42,997 bases of DNA from a virus: positions 1 through 42,997 of IMG/VR virus record IMGVR_UViG_3300045988_028876; one strand, 5' to 3'. Within the stretch, counting starts at the first letter, position 1. Each line of letters starts with the position of its first letter. A program made the translations under genes and the position numbers. The notes beneath the pieces are model-generated. The model saw only the letters and a program-made list of their open reading frames with translations, was not told the DNA's origin and made no database searches. This document shows positions 30,790 to 39,104 of the stretch, in pieces.

Positions 30790-31208
30790 ATAATCCCTCC
30801 AATCCTCCGCCATGCGTTCAGGCGGCTCTTAAATACGTCCTGCCAGCCTACAGTCACGCCGCTGGAATTGGTGGCTTTGCTGTATGAGTATCCGCCGAAA
30901 CTCTCGCTGGTGTACGGCCCAGGAGCGCCGTTTTTTTCGTTCCATGCGGCGATTTCATCCGCCAGGGCAATCACCGCTTTTGGTACGGCCAGCACCCACA
31001 CGGCCCCGGTAAAGGTCTCTCCGGTCATGTCATTCGCCGGGTACTGGTGGAGCCCATCGTTAAAGACCGACCCCACCACCCGGAAATACTGCCCATCTTG
31101 CAGAAAGGGCAGCGTGAGCCGCCCGTCCTGCACTATGAACTCTCCGGAGTGGATGCCGTCAGGCACCAAAAACCAGTTGTTCAGGTGTCGCAAAACTTCT
31201 TCAAGCAT
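30786..31208 (-). CDS. head-tail connector-like protein (140 aa)
   Basis: GGAGGG 7 nt before ATG 31208. It is the first gene after the capsid gene. Confidence 0.55.
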   Translation of the reverse strand: MLEEVLRHLNNWFLVPDGIHSGEFIVQDGRLTLPFLQDGQYFRVVGSVFNDGLHQYPANDMTGETFTGAVWVLAVPKAVIALADEIAAWNEKNGAPGPYTSESFGGYSYSKATNSSGVTVGWQDVFKSRLNAWRRIGGII

Positions 31209-31223
31209 CACGCCGCCCTCCTA

Positions 31224-31505
31224 TCAGGTTGATTTTGTAACTGTAACGGTATATACCTTCTGCGCCGAACCGTTCTTCACGGTGATGGTCAGGGTGTTGG
31301 TTCCCTCCGCCCAGGTCGCCGCCGCGCCATTGCTTACGGGCGTTTCTCCGTTCAGGATGGTCACAGTGGCGCTCTCGTCCTCCGGCGTTGCCGTCACGGT
31401 GTTCGTTGCATTAGTCGTTGTGGCTGTGTACTCCGTCGTATCCGGGTCAAACGTCGGAGTGAGTGTCAGCGCGCCAATCGTCAGCCCCGAGAGGCGCGCT
31501 GTTAA
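31224..31505 (-). CDS. Ig-like (cadherin-like beta-sandwich) domain ORF with no start codon, reached by a -1 frameshift from the capsid gene
   Basis: LTARLSGLTIGALTLTPTFDPDTTEYTATTTNATNTVTATPEDESATVTILNGE...TLTITVKNGSAQKVYTVTVTKST. The first ATG/GTG/TTG in this frame is about 38 codons in. Confidence 0.6.
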   Translation of the reverse strand, partial: LTARLSGLTIGALTLTPTFDPDTTEYTATTTNATNTVTATPEDESATVTILNGETPVSNGAAATWAEGTNTLTITVKNGSAQKVYTVTVTKST

Positions 31506-32431
31506 CCCCCCGCCGAAACAGTAATTTTGGCGATACCGTCCAGATATTCAGCCCACAGTTTCATGCCCATAATGGCGTAAGTCTCTCCCACAGCAGTGCT
31601 GTAATTGCCCTGTGCATGGAAGCCAATTAGGTTGGTTTCACCCTGCACAGTGTAATTCAGTCCGAGCCGTGCAAACTCACTGTCGCCGGGGTCGGCATAA
31701 TAGAGGTCGATATTCTCCACAGGAGTGGCAATCACAGTGTTCCGCGCAATGGCGGTATTTCCGGAAACAGTAGCAGGCAGCAGGAGCAGGGTGGAATAGC
31801 CCATGAAGTCCTTGACGTAGTTGATGCCGAACTGGGTCTGGACGGTAATGTCAGCCGTGCCCAGGTAGTCGTAGGCATCAAGGATATTCGCAAAACCCAC
31901 CACGGAGGTGACATCCTTTGCCATAACCGCAAACTTATTCAGCACTTCGCCCTGCGCCTTAGCAAGTGCGGCCTGCCAGGTGGTTGCCGTACCAGTGAGA
32001 GATCCAGTATTCAGGAAGGTGTAGAAGTCTCCAAGCACCACATTCTGGAGCTTGGTCAGGAAAGCGTCGTCGCTCTTTTCCACGGCGATCTCTGCGCCGT
32101 ACTTGTCTACGTCCTCGATGGGCACGGCCTTGGCGTATTTCTTGATGGTCAAATCGTCCTTGGTGGCCTGTTTGATGGTCGCCTTGCTGTACGGGATTAC
32201 TTCGCCAGCACCCACGTCGCCGTCCTCCAGGGTCACGTCGGCAGTGTAGGAAATCAGTTGGGTGCCGGGGGCCTTTCGAATGGGCCGCATAATGCCCAGG
32301 ATAGTGCGCAGCGCATCCCAGTTGTCGTTAAACCGGGTAACGAAGTCCACCTCTCGGGCCGTCACGCTGGTATAGGTATTGGGGAGGGAATCCCTTGGAT
32401 TGGTAAGGCTTTCAACTTTCGTAGCAGCCAT
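31502..32431 (-). CDS. major capsid protein (309 aa)
   Basis: Follows the scaffold gene. Size and composition are typical of HK97-fold capsid proteins in SPP1-like modules. Confidence 0.8.
   Translation of the reverse strand: MAATKVESLTNPRDSLPNTYTSVTAREVDFVTRFNDNWDALRTILGIMRPIRKAPGTQLISYTADVTLEDGDVGAGEVIPYSKATIKQATKDDLTIKKYAKAVPIEDVDKYGAEIAVEKSDDAFLTKLQNVVLGDFYTFLNTGSLTGTATTWQAALAKAQGEVLNKFAVMAKDVTSVVGFANILDAYDYLGTADITVQTQFGINYVKDFMGYSTLLLLPATVSGNTAIARNTVIATPVENIDLYYADPGDSEFARLGLNYTVQGETNLIGFHAQGNYSTAVGETYAIMGMKLWAEYLDGIAKITVSAGG
31505..31511 (-). promoter_or_regulatory. -1 slippery heptamer G GGG GGU immediately before the capsid stop codon
   Basis: The minus strand reads GCG GGG GGT TAA. 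The -1 frame reads GGG GGG TTA ACA... Confidence 0.55.
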
Positions 32432-32446
32432 GTAAATTCATTCCTT

Positions 32447-33070
32447 TCATGTAATTTGGTTTTCCATTAGCGCCTTTTGACGCTCAGAAGCGGACAGAAC
32501 ATACCGGCCATGATCGTCTTTTTTGTAAATGTCCGCCTTTGTCATAGCCGCCGCTCCAGGGCTGGCCGGAGGCCTTGCGGTATCTGCGCCTTTTTTGGTA
32601 GTAGTCTCAATAAAATCAGACCACTCGCCTTTGATGCTCTCTGTGAGTTTGTCCGCATCCTTGACAGCACCTTTATCATCCAGTTCCACGCTGTCCACAT
32701 CGGACACACGGAGTACGGCGTCCAGCCGCTTCTCGCTTACTCCGGCCTGCCTCAAAAGCTCCCGGTACGCCTTTTCCTTTGCGTTGCGGGTCTCTTTCTT
32801 GGTTTGTTCGCCTTTATAGGCTTCGAAATCGTCCTTGAGAGCCTGATACTTGGTCTTCCACTTTTCGGCGGTTGTTGCGCTGTCCTCGGCGGTCTGCTTC
32901 TCGGTTTTCAGGGCTTCGATCTCTTCGAGCTTCTTGCTGTACCGCTCTTTTTCCACGAACTCCCTGCCAACGGAGGAACTGACGGCCTGCGCCAGCTTGG
33001 CAACGGCATCGGAGGGGATAGACCCATCCTCGCTGGTGTATTTCTTGATAATGCTGTCGATGTCGAACAT
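32447..33070 (-). CDS. scaffolding protein (GP20-like)
   Basis: Highly charged coiled coil (KKLEEIEALKTEKQTAED...), directly upstream of the capsid gene. Confidence 0.75.
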   Translation of the reverse strand: MFDIDSIIKKYTSEDGSIPSDAVAKLAQAVSSSVGREFVEKERYSKKLEEIEALKTEKQTAEDSATTAEKWKTKYQALKDDFEAYKGEQTKKETRNAKEKAYRELLRQAGVSEKRLDAVLRVSDVDSVELDDKGAVKDADKLTESIKGEWSDFIETTTKKGADTARPPASPGAAAMTKADIYKKDDHGRYVLSASERQKALMENQIT

Positions 33071-33259
33071 GATTACATTCCTTTCTCGCTGTTACGGGCG
33101 CTACCCTAAGAATGTTTATATAAAACCCGCAGAAGTGGGCTTTACCAAAAAGAAAAAGGAGCCAATTTACAAGAAATTCTTGCAAATCAGCTCCACTTAG
33201 CCCTTCCGCCTAAACGCTTATAGGCGGGAACAATATTCGATTGCTATGTATTTATTTTA

Positions 33260-33418
33260 TCATTTTCCTTTTGAAAAATCAATCAAATCTTCTTTTATTG
33301 TTCCAATCACTTCCCGCCTAACTCGAACAATTCTTATTCCATCTTTGACAGGTCTAAACTCAACACATTCTTTATTTCCCAAAGCCGAATTTATTTTCTC
33401 AATGATCTTTTCATCCAT
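33260..33418 (-). CDS. AT-rich small protein (52 aa)
   Basis: ATGGATGA overlap with the upstream gene. Sequence MDEKIIEKINSALGNKECVEFRPVKDGIRIVRV... Lies in a ~230-bp AT-rich segment. Confidence 0.4.
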   Translation of the reverse strand: MDEKIIEKINSALGNKECVEFRPVKDGIRIVRVRREVIGTIKEDLIDFSKGK

Positions 33419-33824
33419 TTTTTAATTCATCCTCTATGATATTCCGGTAGGTTTGTGCGTGGTCGGCTACAGCCGGTTTCAGAAACGGTTGCGCCGGGTT
33501 TCCTGCCGTCCAATGCCAGTTCCCCTCATCGTCCTGATAGACCCATGGCGTTGGGCGTCCACCTTCTGCGTATTTTCCGGTTCCAAGCTCCACATAGGTG
33601 GCATACTCCATATTCGTCCCGATGTACACCGCTGGCTCACCGTCATCTACTGAATGGGTGATACTGTTCCGTAGCCTTCCAGTGTCAACAGGTGCAAGGT
33701 CTTTCGCGTACCCCTCCGCCTGACTCCCGCAGCGTTCCAGAGCCCGCACAACGGCGTCGTTCATGGCGTTCAGCACTTCGGCACTGTAATCATTAAATAC
33801 CACACCGCCCAAATCCTTAGCCAC
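33411..33824 (-). CDS. HK97 gp10-family protein
   Basis: LAPVDTGRLRNSITH...MEYATYVELGTG. Confidence 0.7.
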   Translation of the reverse strand: MAKDLGGVVFNDYSAEVLNAMNDAVVRALERCGSQAEGYAKDLAPVDTGRLRNSITHSVDDGEPAVYIGTNMEYATYVELGTGKYAEGGRPTPWVYQDDEGNWHWTAGNPAQPFLKPAVADHAQTYRNIIEDELKNG

Positions 33825-34833
33825 GGCTTTTCACCCACCTTTTCCACTGCTCATAGGTCATTTCTTCCACGACCACATTCTTGCCCGTCTTAGGGTCGCG
33901 CACACGCATTTTGCGCGGCTCCGCTTCGATGCCCGGCGCTTCTACCGTTCGCATGGTACAGCGGCAATTATAAACATTAGCCGGTTTTGCCCTCGGGTCT
34001 CCTGGATAGCGTATCTTCCCCAGTTCTGAGGTAAATTGTTCATCCCAGTCCACCGTCTGTCCGTCCAGCTTCTGGTGGCTGTGACGGGTGCGTCCGTCCT
34101 TTGTTGCAACCCAACGTTTTCTGACCTTTACGCCCATATCAGAGGCGGCTTTGTAGCTGTCCATGCGCCCGGCGTTCTGCGCCCCGGTAACTGCCGTTCT
34201 AGCCGCTCTCACGGCGCTGGCCCGGTTCATTTCGAATACTCTGGCTTGCAGGTCGGTGGCGATCTTGCCCACGCTCTTGCCCTGCAAAAGCCCGCTGGTG
34301 ACGCTCTTGGTGATCTGCTGCTTGCCCCATTTCAAATCAATTCCCCGTTTTAGGGCCTTTTTCTTGGGGTAGTAGGGCATCAGGTCAGGTTCTTCTACAA
34401 TGAGACGCCGCACTGTAGATTCATCCCACAGGGTAAAGCCCACGTTTCCGGACACTTTCTCGATAGTGTACGCTGCATAGTTGCGGTTGAGTGAGTAGAT
34501 CTCCGGTGTGGCGTCGTTGACATAGGCAATAGCCACTTCGTTGGCCTTTGTCATGCGCTCGGCTATCTTCTCCCGCAGGGTTTGGTAACGCTCTCCCCGG
34601 CCGATCTGGTTGAGCCGCCAGCGCTTGTAATCGTCCTCTGTCCAAGTCTTGCCGTTGACCTCGGTGCCAATGAGGGCTTTCATTTCTTCATCCCGCTTGC
34701 GGAAACTCTCAAAATAGGATTTGACGGTTTCGTCCAGCTCGTCCCACGCCTCACGGTAAACTCTTGCTATGCGACGTTCGAGTTTGGCCAATTCTTCATC
34801 CGTCCACTGGTGCGCCTGGTCCGGTTTCGCCAT
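33817..34833 (-). CDS. head morphogenesis protein (SPP1 gp7 / Mu F family)
   Basis: RKRWVATKDGRTRHSH...NVYNCRCTM. Follows the portal gene. Confidence 0.85.
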   Translation of the reverse strand: MAKPDQAHQWTDEELAKLERRIARVYREAWDELDETVKSYFESFRKRDEEMKALIGTEVNGKTWTEDDYKRWRLNQIGRGERYQTLREKIAERMTKANEVAIAYVNDATPEIYSLNRNYAAYTIEKVSGNVGFTLWDESTVRRLIVEEPDLMPYYPKKKALKRGIDLKWGKQQITKSVTSGLLQGKSVGKIATDLQARVFEMNRASAVRAARTAVTGAQNAGRMDSYKAASDMGVKVRKRWVATKDGRTRHSHQKLDGQTVDWDEQFTSELGKIRYPGDPRAKPANVYNCRCTMRTVEAPGIEAEPRKMRVRDPKTGKNVVVEEMTYEQWKRWVKSRG

Positions 34834-36244
34834 CCTCTGTCACCTCAGTTTCCTCCTGCTGTGGGGAGTCCGGATTTTCCTCCACCCGTTCCATCTCTTC
34901 CGCCTGCTTGCGCTTCATCAACTCATCATATTGGTCGGCATCGCCGTTAATGGTCAGCAGTTTCTTGGTGATATACTTGTCGTCGTAGTAATCCGCACCC
35001 ATTAGGATGGTCTGAGTTTCTTCCGATTTGTTGATGATCTTGTTGCGGGTGTAGCTCGGTTCGTCGTCAATCCCGGCCAAGACCAGAATCCCTAGAATGA
35101 ACTCCGTCACGCTGGCCTCAAAGTCATCCACTTTCAAATCCAGCGGCGTGTAGGTGGCCGCAATGGCTGTGGCCGTCTGGTTTCCCGCCGATACCGCCGA
35201 GCTGTCAAACGCTTGGAAATCCTCGTACAGCTTGCGCTTGAGCATATCAATGGTGGCCTCTGTGCCCTGGAACGGCGCTTCAATGGTACGCGGCTCCGCT
35301 GTCGCTCCCACGTCTCCATCACTTCCAGCATGGGCAATATGCGATGTCCGCACCTTGTCCAAAAACTTTGCGTCGTCAAGGTCATCCATGCCGCCACAGT
35401 TGGTCAGTACCCAATAAATCAGATTCCCTTCATCCACATTGTTGACCATATTGGAGGTACAAAGGTCTAGCGCATCCACAGTATTCCGCTTCCCCGTCAG
35501 CTCTGACAGTGCGTCCTCTCCGTTTTTCAGCGGCACGATGGGGAAAGACGGATAATTCTGCCCATCGTAAATCTCTGTTCCATCCGCCTGAGAGGTGCGC
35601 AGGCGCAGCACATAGGGACGCTTTTCCTTCAGGACGGTCATGTCCTCGCCTTTGCGCCGGATATAGTCCGTGTATCCGTCCACCTCGTACAACGTTGCCC
35701 GCAGCGGCTTGTCCTTCTCCACCTGCCAAAACCGGATTCCCGCCATCAACGCGCCGTTTTCCTCGTCATAGAGCGGCACAAACTCCCGCAACTTGAACAC
35801 TTCCAGATGATCTAAGTTCCAGAATCCAAAGGCCACGCCTGCAACCAGGGCATACTTCCCAGCCCTAACCATTTCCAGGTCAAATTTCTTTCCAAGCCTG
35901 TCCTTTGTGGCGTCATCCTGGAAGGTCACGCCATTTCCGAGAAGGTAGGAAACCTCTTGCCGCACGTCAAAGCCAAAAAACGAGGACGCGATCTTGTGAT
36001 TTGCCGTATACATATCCTTATGGGCGCGGCCTTGCATGTCATATATGATTTTTTCATAGCGGTTAATAGTGGGATTTTCGCCTTTAAAATACAGTTCGGC
36101 ATCCACCGCCACCTGATAAGCCTTGCTGCCTTCATGCTCATTGATCGACCGCCAGATAAAATCCATTCTGGCCTTTTCATCTTCACCCACAGCAAGCAAA
36201 TCTTGATATGTAAGCAAAAAATCACCTCTCCCACAGCGGGACAT
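34796..36244 (-). CDS. portal protein (SPP1 gp6-like)
   Basis: Size and position after terL. N-terminal region ...INEHEGSKAYQVAVDAELYFKGENPTI. Confidence 0.88.
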   Translation of the reverse strand: MSRCGRGDFLLTYQDLLAVGEDEKARMDFIWRSINEHEGSKAYQVAVDAELYFKGENPTINRYEKIIYDMQGRAHKDMYTANHKIASSFFGFDVRQEVSYLLGNGVTFQDDATKDRLGKKFDLEMVRAGKYALVAGVAFGFWNLDHLEVFKLREFVPLYDEENGALMAGIRFWQVEKDKPLRATLYEVDGYTDYIRRKGEDMTVLKEKRPYVLRLRTSQADGTEIYDGQNYPSFPIVPLKNGEDALSELTGKRNTVDALDLCTSNMVNNVDEGNLIYWVLTNCGGMDDLDDAKFLDKVRTSHIAHAGSDGDVGATAEPRTIEAPFQGTEATIDMLKRKLYEDFQAFDSSAVSAGNQTATAIAATYTPLDLKVDDFEASVTEFILGILVLAGIDDEPSYTRNKIINKSEETQTILMGADYYDDKYITKKLLTINGDADQYDELMKRKQAEEMERVEENPDSPQQEETEVTEDGETGPGAPVDG

Positions 36245-37418
36245 ATTGCGGTTGTCCTGCTTTCCGCATCTTGTATCTCAGCACGGTCATCACAAAATAC
36301 CGTATGTCATCCATAGCATGGTCGTTCTCCTTGATGGGCTTGTCCTCCGTGGATTTGTCATCCCAGCGATACAGGCCGAACTCCCGAATCGAATTTTCGC
36401 AGCTACGATGGATTTTTATTGCTCCGTCATTGAGTAACTGGCTGGTCGTCTGTATCCCTGGAATTACATCGTTTTTCGCGCCCCTGACTCGGAATTTCTT
36501 GTGCTTTTTGATCGTCTCTATAAAGGCATCCGCTGATGGGTCTACAATGACAGCTTGTATTGTGTATTCCCCAGCAAGACGTTCCAATTCTTTATAATAT
36601 TCCTCCGGGCTTTTTGTGTTCATAGATTCGCGCCCGCAATAATAATATTCTCGTATTCGCGTGGCTTGTTTCCCGTTCCAACACCACAGCCCAGCAGAGA
36701 ACGGATTATGTGTTCCATAGTCGCAGGAAATGTAATATTCTCCCCCGTCTGGCACCGTGTCCACAATGTTGCCTTCGCCAAACCTGTAAATAAGGCCATC
36801 CGCTTGGCACCACAGTCCCAAGATATAGCGGTCATAATAAACCGTCCCAGCGTATTCCTTTTTCAGTTCCTCCACGACACGGACCGGAAGCACCCCGTCA
36901 TCTATGACATAGGACTGTTGGTAAATGTCAGCGTCGCTATCCAGGAACTTTTTGAACCAATGCTCCGGGTTGTCTGGGTTGCACGTCCCGTCAAAGTGGG
37001 AGTGTTCACAGCGAAGACGGCTTTTGAGCATTTCAAAGACCTCTTGGCTCCACGTCGTAATCTCATCACCGTACACATACTCAAAGGTCGCCCCCTGAAT
37101 ACGGGAAACGTGCTTTTTGTTGTCTGCGCCCAGCGCATAGACTTTTTTCCCAAACAGTTCCACGGTATTATCACTGCGAATATTGCCCACGTTTCCCGGC
37201 CACCACTGACGCATAGGCTCCAAGATATTTCGCTCTAAAGTTCCGCGAGTGTTTCCCAGTAAGACGAGTAACCCTTCTCCTCTCGCGGCCTCTATCCGCT
37301 TCGGTATGGTGACAACAAAATCCAAAAAGCTCTTTCCACTGCCTGTCGCCCCTGTCTTGACGTTCCAGCGGTGATTGCAGTTTTTCAGGTATTCCAGTTG
37401 CTTTTCAGTCAATGGCAC
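36222..37418 (-). CDS. terL: terminase large subunit (PBSX-type)
   Basis: Walker A GATGSGKS and YGDEITTW, with a nuclease-domain C-terminus ENDHAMDDIRY. Confidence 0.93.
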   Translation of the reverse strand: MPLTEKQLEYLKNCNHRWNVKTGATGSGKSFLDFVVTIPKRIEAARGEGLLVLLGNTRGTLERNILEPMRQWWPGNVGNIRSDNTVELFGKKVYALGADNKKHVSRIQGATFEYVYGDEITTWSQEVFEMLKSRLRCEHSHFDGTCNPDNPEHWFKKFLDSDADIYQQSYVIDDGVLPVRVVEELKKEYAGTVYYDRYILGLWCQADGLIYRFGEGNIVDTVPDGGEYYISCDYGTHNPFSAGLWCWNGKQATRIREYYYCGRESMNTKSPEEYYKELERLAGEYTIQAVIVDPSADAFIETIKKHKKFRVRGAKNDVIPGIQTTSQLLNDGAIKIHRSCENSIREFGLYRWDDKSTEDKPIKENDHAMDDIRYFVMTVLRYKMRKAGQPQYVPLWER

Positions 37419-37896
37419 TTGGAATCCCCTCCAGCAGTTCCCGTGCTTTTTTCAGTGCGTCCGTGTCACCGGGAATTTCGGGCTTATCCCGCCACTTGTC
37501 CGGGCGGCGGTTTTTGAGCCAGAAGATCTGCGCGGTCGTGTCCGCCGGGACATGGCGGATTGTCTGGATGATCTTCGTCCCATCTTTATCAGACTTTTCG
37601 ATTCTTTGTTCCTGATAGTCATACCCAAGTGCGCGTTTTAACAGCGCATTTTCCACTTGGATGTCCACAACTTCCTTGCCCTTTTTTAAGGACTCGGAAA
37701 TCTTAGGGTATTTGTTCTTCCAATCGTACAAAGTTGCTGGGTTTATACCCATCTTCCCGGCCAACTGCTCGTCAGTCAGGCCATCCCTGGCCCAGCCCTC
37801 TAAGAGAGTAAGCCCATCCGGTTCCAGCCAACGTTGATATTTACCTTTTGCCACAACGGACTTACCACCCCTTTCTGTAAAATTCCCTCTTGACAT
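37405..37896 (-). CDS. terS: terminase small subunit
   Basis: HTH segment DEQLAGKMGINPATLYDWKNKYPK, and FWLKNRRPDKWRDK. The start is uncertain (no SD at 37896; GTG at 37854 follows GGGGTGG). Confidence 0.78.
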   Translation of the reverse strand: MSRGNFTERGGKSVVAKGKYQRWLEPDGLTLLEGWARDGLTDEQLAGKMGINPATLYDWKNKYPKISESLKKGKEVVDIQVENALLKRALGYDYQEQRIEKSDKDGTKIIQTIRHVPADTTAQIFWLKNRRPDKWRDKPEIPGDTDALKKARELLEGIPSAID

Positions 37897-37918
37897 TACG
37901 TCCAGTTGGCCGTATTAT
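37890..37918 (+). promoter_or_regulatory. strong promoter TTGACA-N17-TATTAT for 37953..38225
   Basis: -35 at 37890..37895 (overlaps the terS ATG) and -10 at 37913..37918. Confidence 0.6.
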
Positions 37919-37936
37919 ATTCATGTCCACTTGGAC
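37900..37936. promoter_or_regulatory. two copies of the pseudo-palindromic operator GTCCAnTTGGnC flanking the -10
   Basis: GTCCAGTTGGCC at 37900..37911 and GTCCACTTGGAC at 37925..37936. Outer 9-bp arms TTACGTCCA / TGGACGTAA. Confidence 0.5.
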
Positions 37937-37952
37937 GTAATGAGGTACACCC

Positions 37953-38225
37953 ATGACTGACAACTTTGAATTTAAGGGTAAAACAGAAGTGATCCACGGA
38001 ATCACGTTCGAGGACGTGCCATCCGAAGCTCAGATATTGGCCGCGAGGCGGGCCGAGCTTGGCTTGTCCCAGCAGGAGGTAGCTGATAAAGCCCACATCC
38101 TGCTCCGCCAGTACCAGCGCTTTGAATCGGGGGAGCGTGACCTTTCCAGCTCTTCATTCCGAATCGCCATGGCTGTGTGCGACGCTTTGGAACTGGACCC
38201 CCATCGTTTTTGCGCCCCTGTCTAA
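37953..38225 (+). CDS. XRE-family HTH regulator (90 aa), monocistronic
   Basis: RRAELGLSQQEVADKAHILLRQYQRFESGERD. It has its own promoter, operators and terminator. Confidence 0.8.
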   Translation: MTDNFEFKGKTEVIHGITFEDVPSEAQILAARRAELGLSQQEVADKAHILLRQYQRFESGERDLSSSSFRIAMAVCDALELDPHRFCAPV

Positions 38226-38232
38226 GTCTCAT

Positions 38233-38262
38233 CCGCTCAGCTTAACTGCTGGGCGGTTTTTT
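38233..38262 (+). terminator. intrinsic terminator
   Basis: CCGCTCAGC-ttaact-GCTGGGCGG followed by TTTTTT. Confidence 0.7.
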
Positions 38263-38306
38263 ATCGTGCCTGATGCACTGCGTCATAAATATTTTCAAAT
38301 TATGTA

Positions 38307-38334
38307 TTGACAATTACATATTTTATGCTATAAT
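38307..38334 (+). promoter_or_regulatory. near-consensus promoter TTGACA-N16-TGcTATAAT
   Basis: -35 at 38307..38312 and -10 at 38329..38334. The inverted repeat ATGTA-N8-TACAT spans the -35. Confidence 0.65.
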
Positions 38335-38363
38335 AATCTCATGAAACAAAGGAGGCCAAACCG

Positions 38364-38600
38364 ATGAAAGAGCGATTTGAAGAAATGACCCTCGACCAGC
38401 TCGATGCCATCCATGATGTGATGTGCTATCTATACCCTCCTATGGAGGGCATGGATGAGACCGCCGCCCGTCTGTGGCATGACCTTGAGGATGTTCGCAC
38501 CCAAAAGTTTACCGAATACCAATCCAGTGATGAGTATAAGCAGAAGTGCTCCGAGACCGACGAACTGTACAAGTCTCTTTTTAAGGGGGTGTCCCAATGA
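38364..38600 (+). CDS. small strongly acidic protein (78 aa)
   Basis: AAAGGAGG SD. By my count 18 D/E against 9 K/R. ATGA overlap with the next gene. Confidence 0.65.
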   Translation: MKERFEEMTLDQLDAIHDVMCYLYPPMEGMDETAARLWHDLEDVRTQKFTEYQSSDEYKQKCSETDELYKSLFKGVSQ

Positions 38601-39073
38601 CCAACCGCGAAGCTTATGTGTTCGGCTGGGTGTTTGGCCGCCTCAACGCTGGAGCCGAAGAGGACATCGGCGGCGACACCACTCTAGCTTGCCAGCGTCC
38701 ATTTTCCGCCAGCGCCAAGGTAGTCTCGGACGCTCAACGGCTCGGCATCCTCAAAGGCAACCTTAACAATCAGGTGGGCGAGGCCCTGTGCGAGATAGTC
38801 AGCATCGAGCCTGAGATGGACGGCGGCTCCGAGAAGTGCCAGCCTCTGGAGATACAAGGCTCCTGGCAGCTCGGCTATTTTGCAGGCCGGGCCAAGAGGC
38901 CCCTGGCAGGGGAAGCGTTTGATATCTCCGCCGCCCGCCGGGCCAAAAAGCTGACTCAGGCCCAGCTTGCCGACCAGATGGGCGTTGACCAGGCTCTTGT
39001 CTCCCGCTGGGAATCCGGCAAGGTCAGCCCAAACAAAGACAATCTTTCGAGGTTAAAAGAGATCCTTCTTTGA
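38597..39073 (+). CDS. protein with a C-terminal XRE-type HTH (158 aa)
   Basis: C-terminal KKLTQAQLADQMGVDQALVSRWESGKVSP. The N-terminal ~100 aa are uncharacterised. Confidence 0.7.
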   Translation: MTNREAYVFGWVFGRLNAGAEEDIGGDTTLACQRPFSASAKVVSDAQRLGILKGNLNNQVGEALCEIVSIEPEMDGGSEKCQPLEIQGSWQLGYFAGRAKRPLAGEAFDISAARRAKKLTQAQLADQMGVDQALVSRWESGKVSPNKDNLSRLKEILL

Positions 39074-39077
39074 CGCG

Positions 39078-39104
39078 CCGCCCCTCCGGGGGCGGTTTTC
39101 TTTT
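39078..39104 (+). terminator. strong intrinsic terminator
   Basis: CCGCCCC-tccg-GGGGCGG followed by TTTTCTTTT. Confidence 0.8.

Noticed and set aside
30100-31524. 474-aa plus-strand ORF
   Set aside because: It runs antisense across four well-supported, translationally coupled head-tail genes. Its composition is low-complexity P/S/R-rich and it has no SD.
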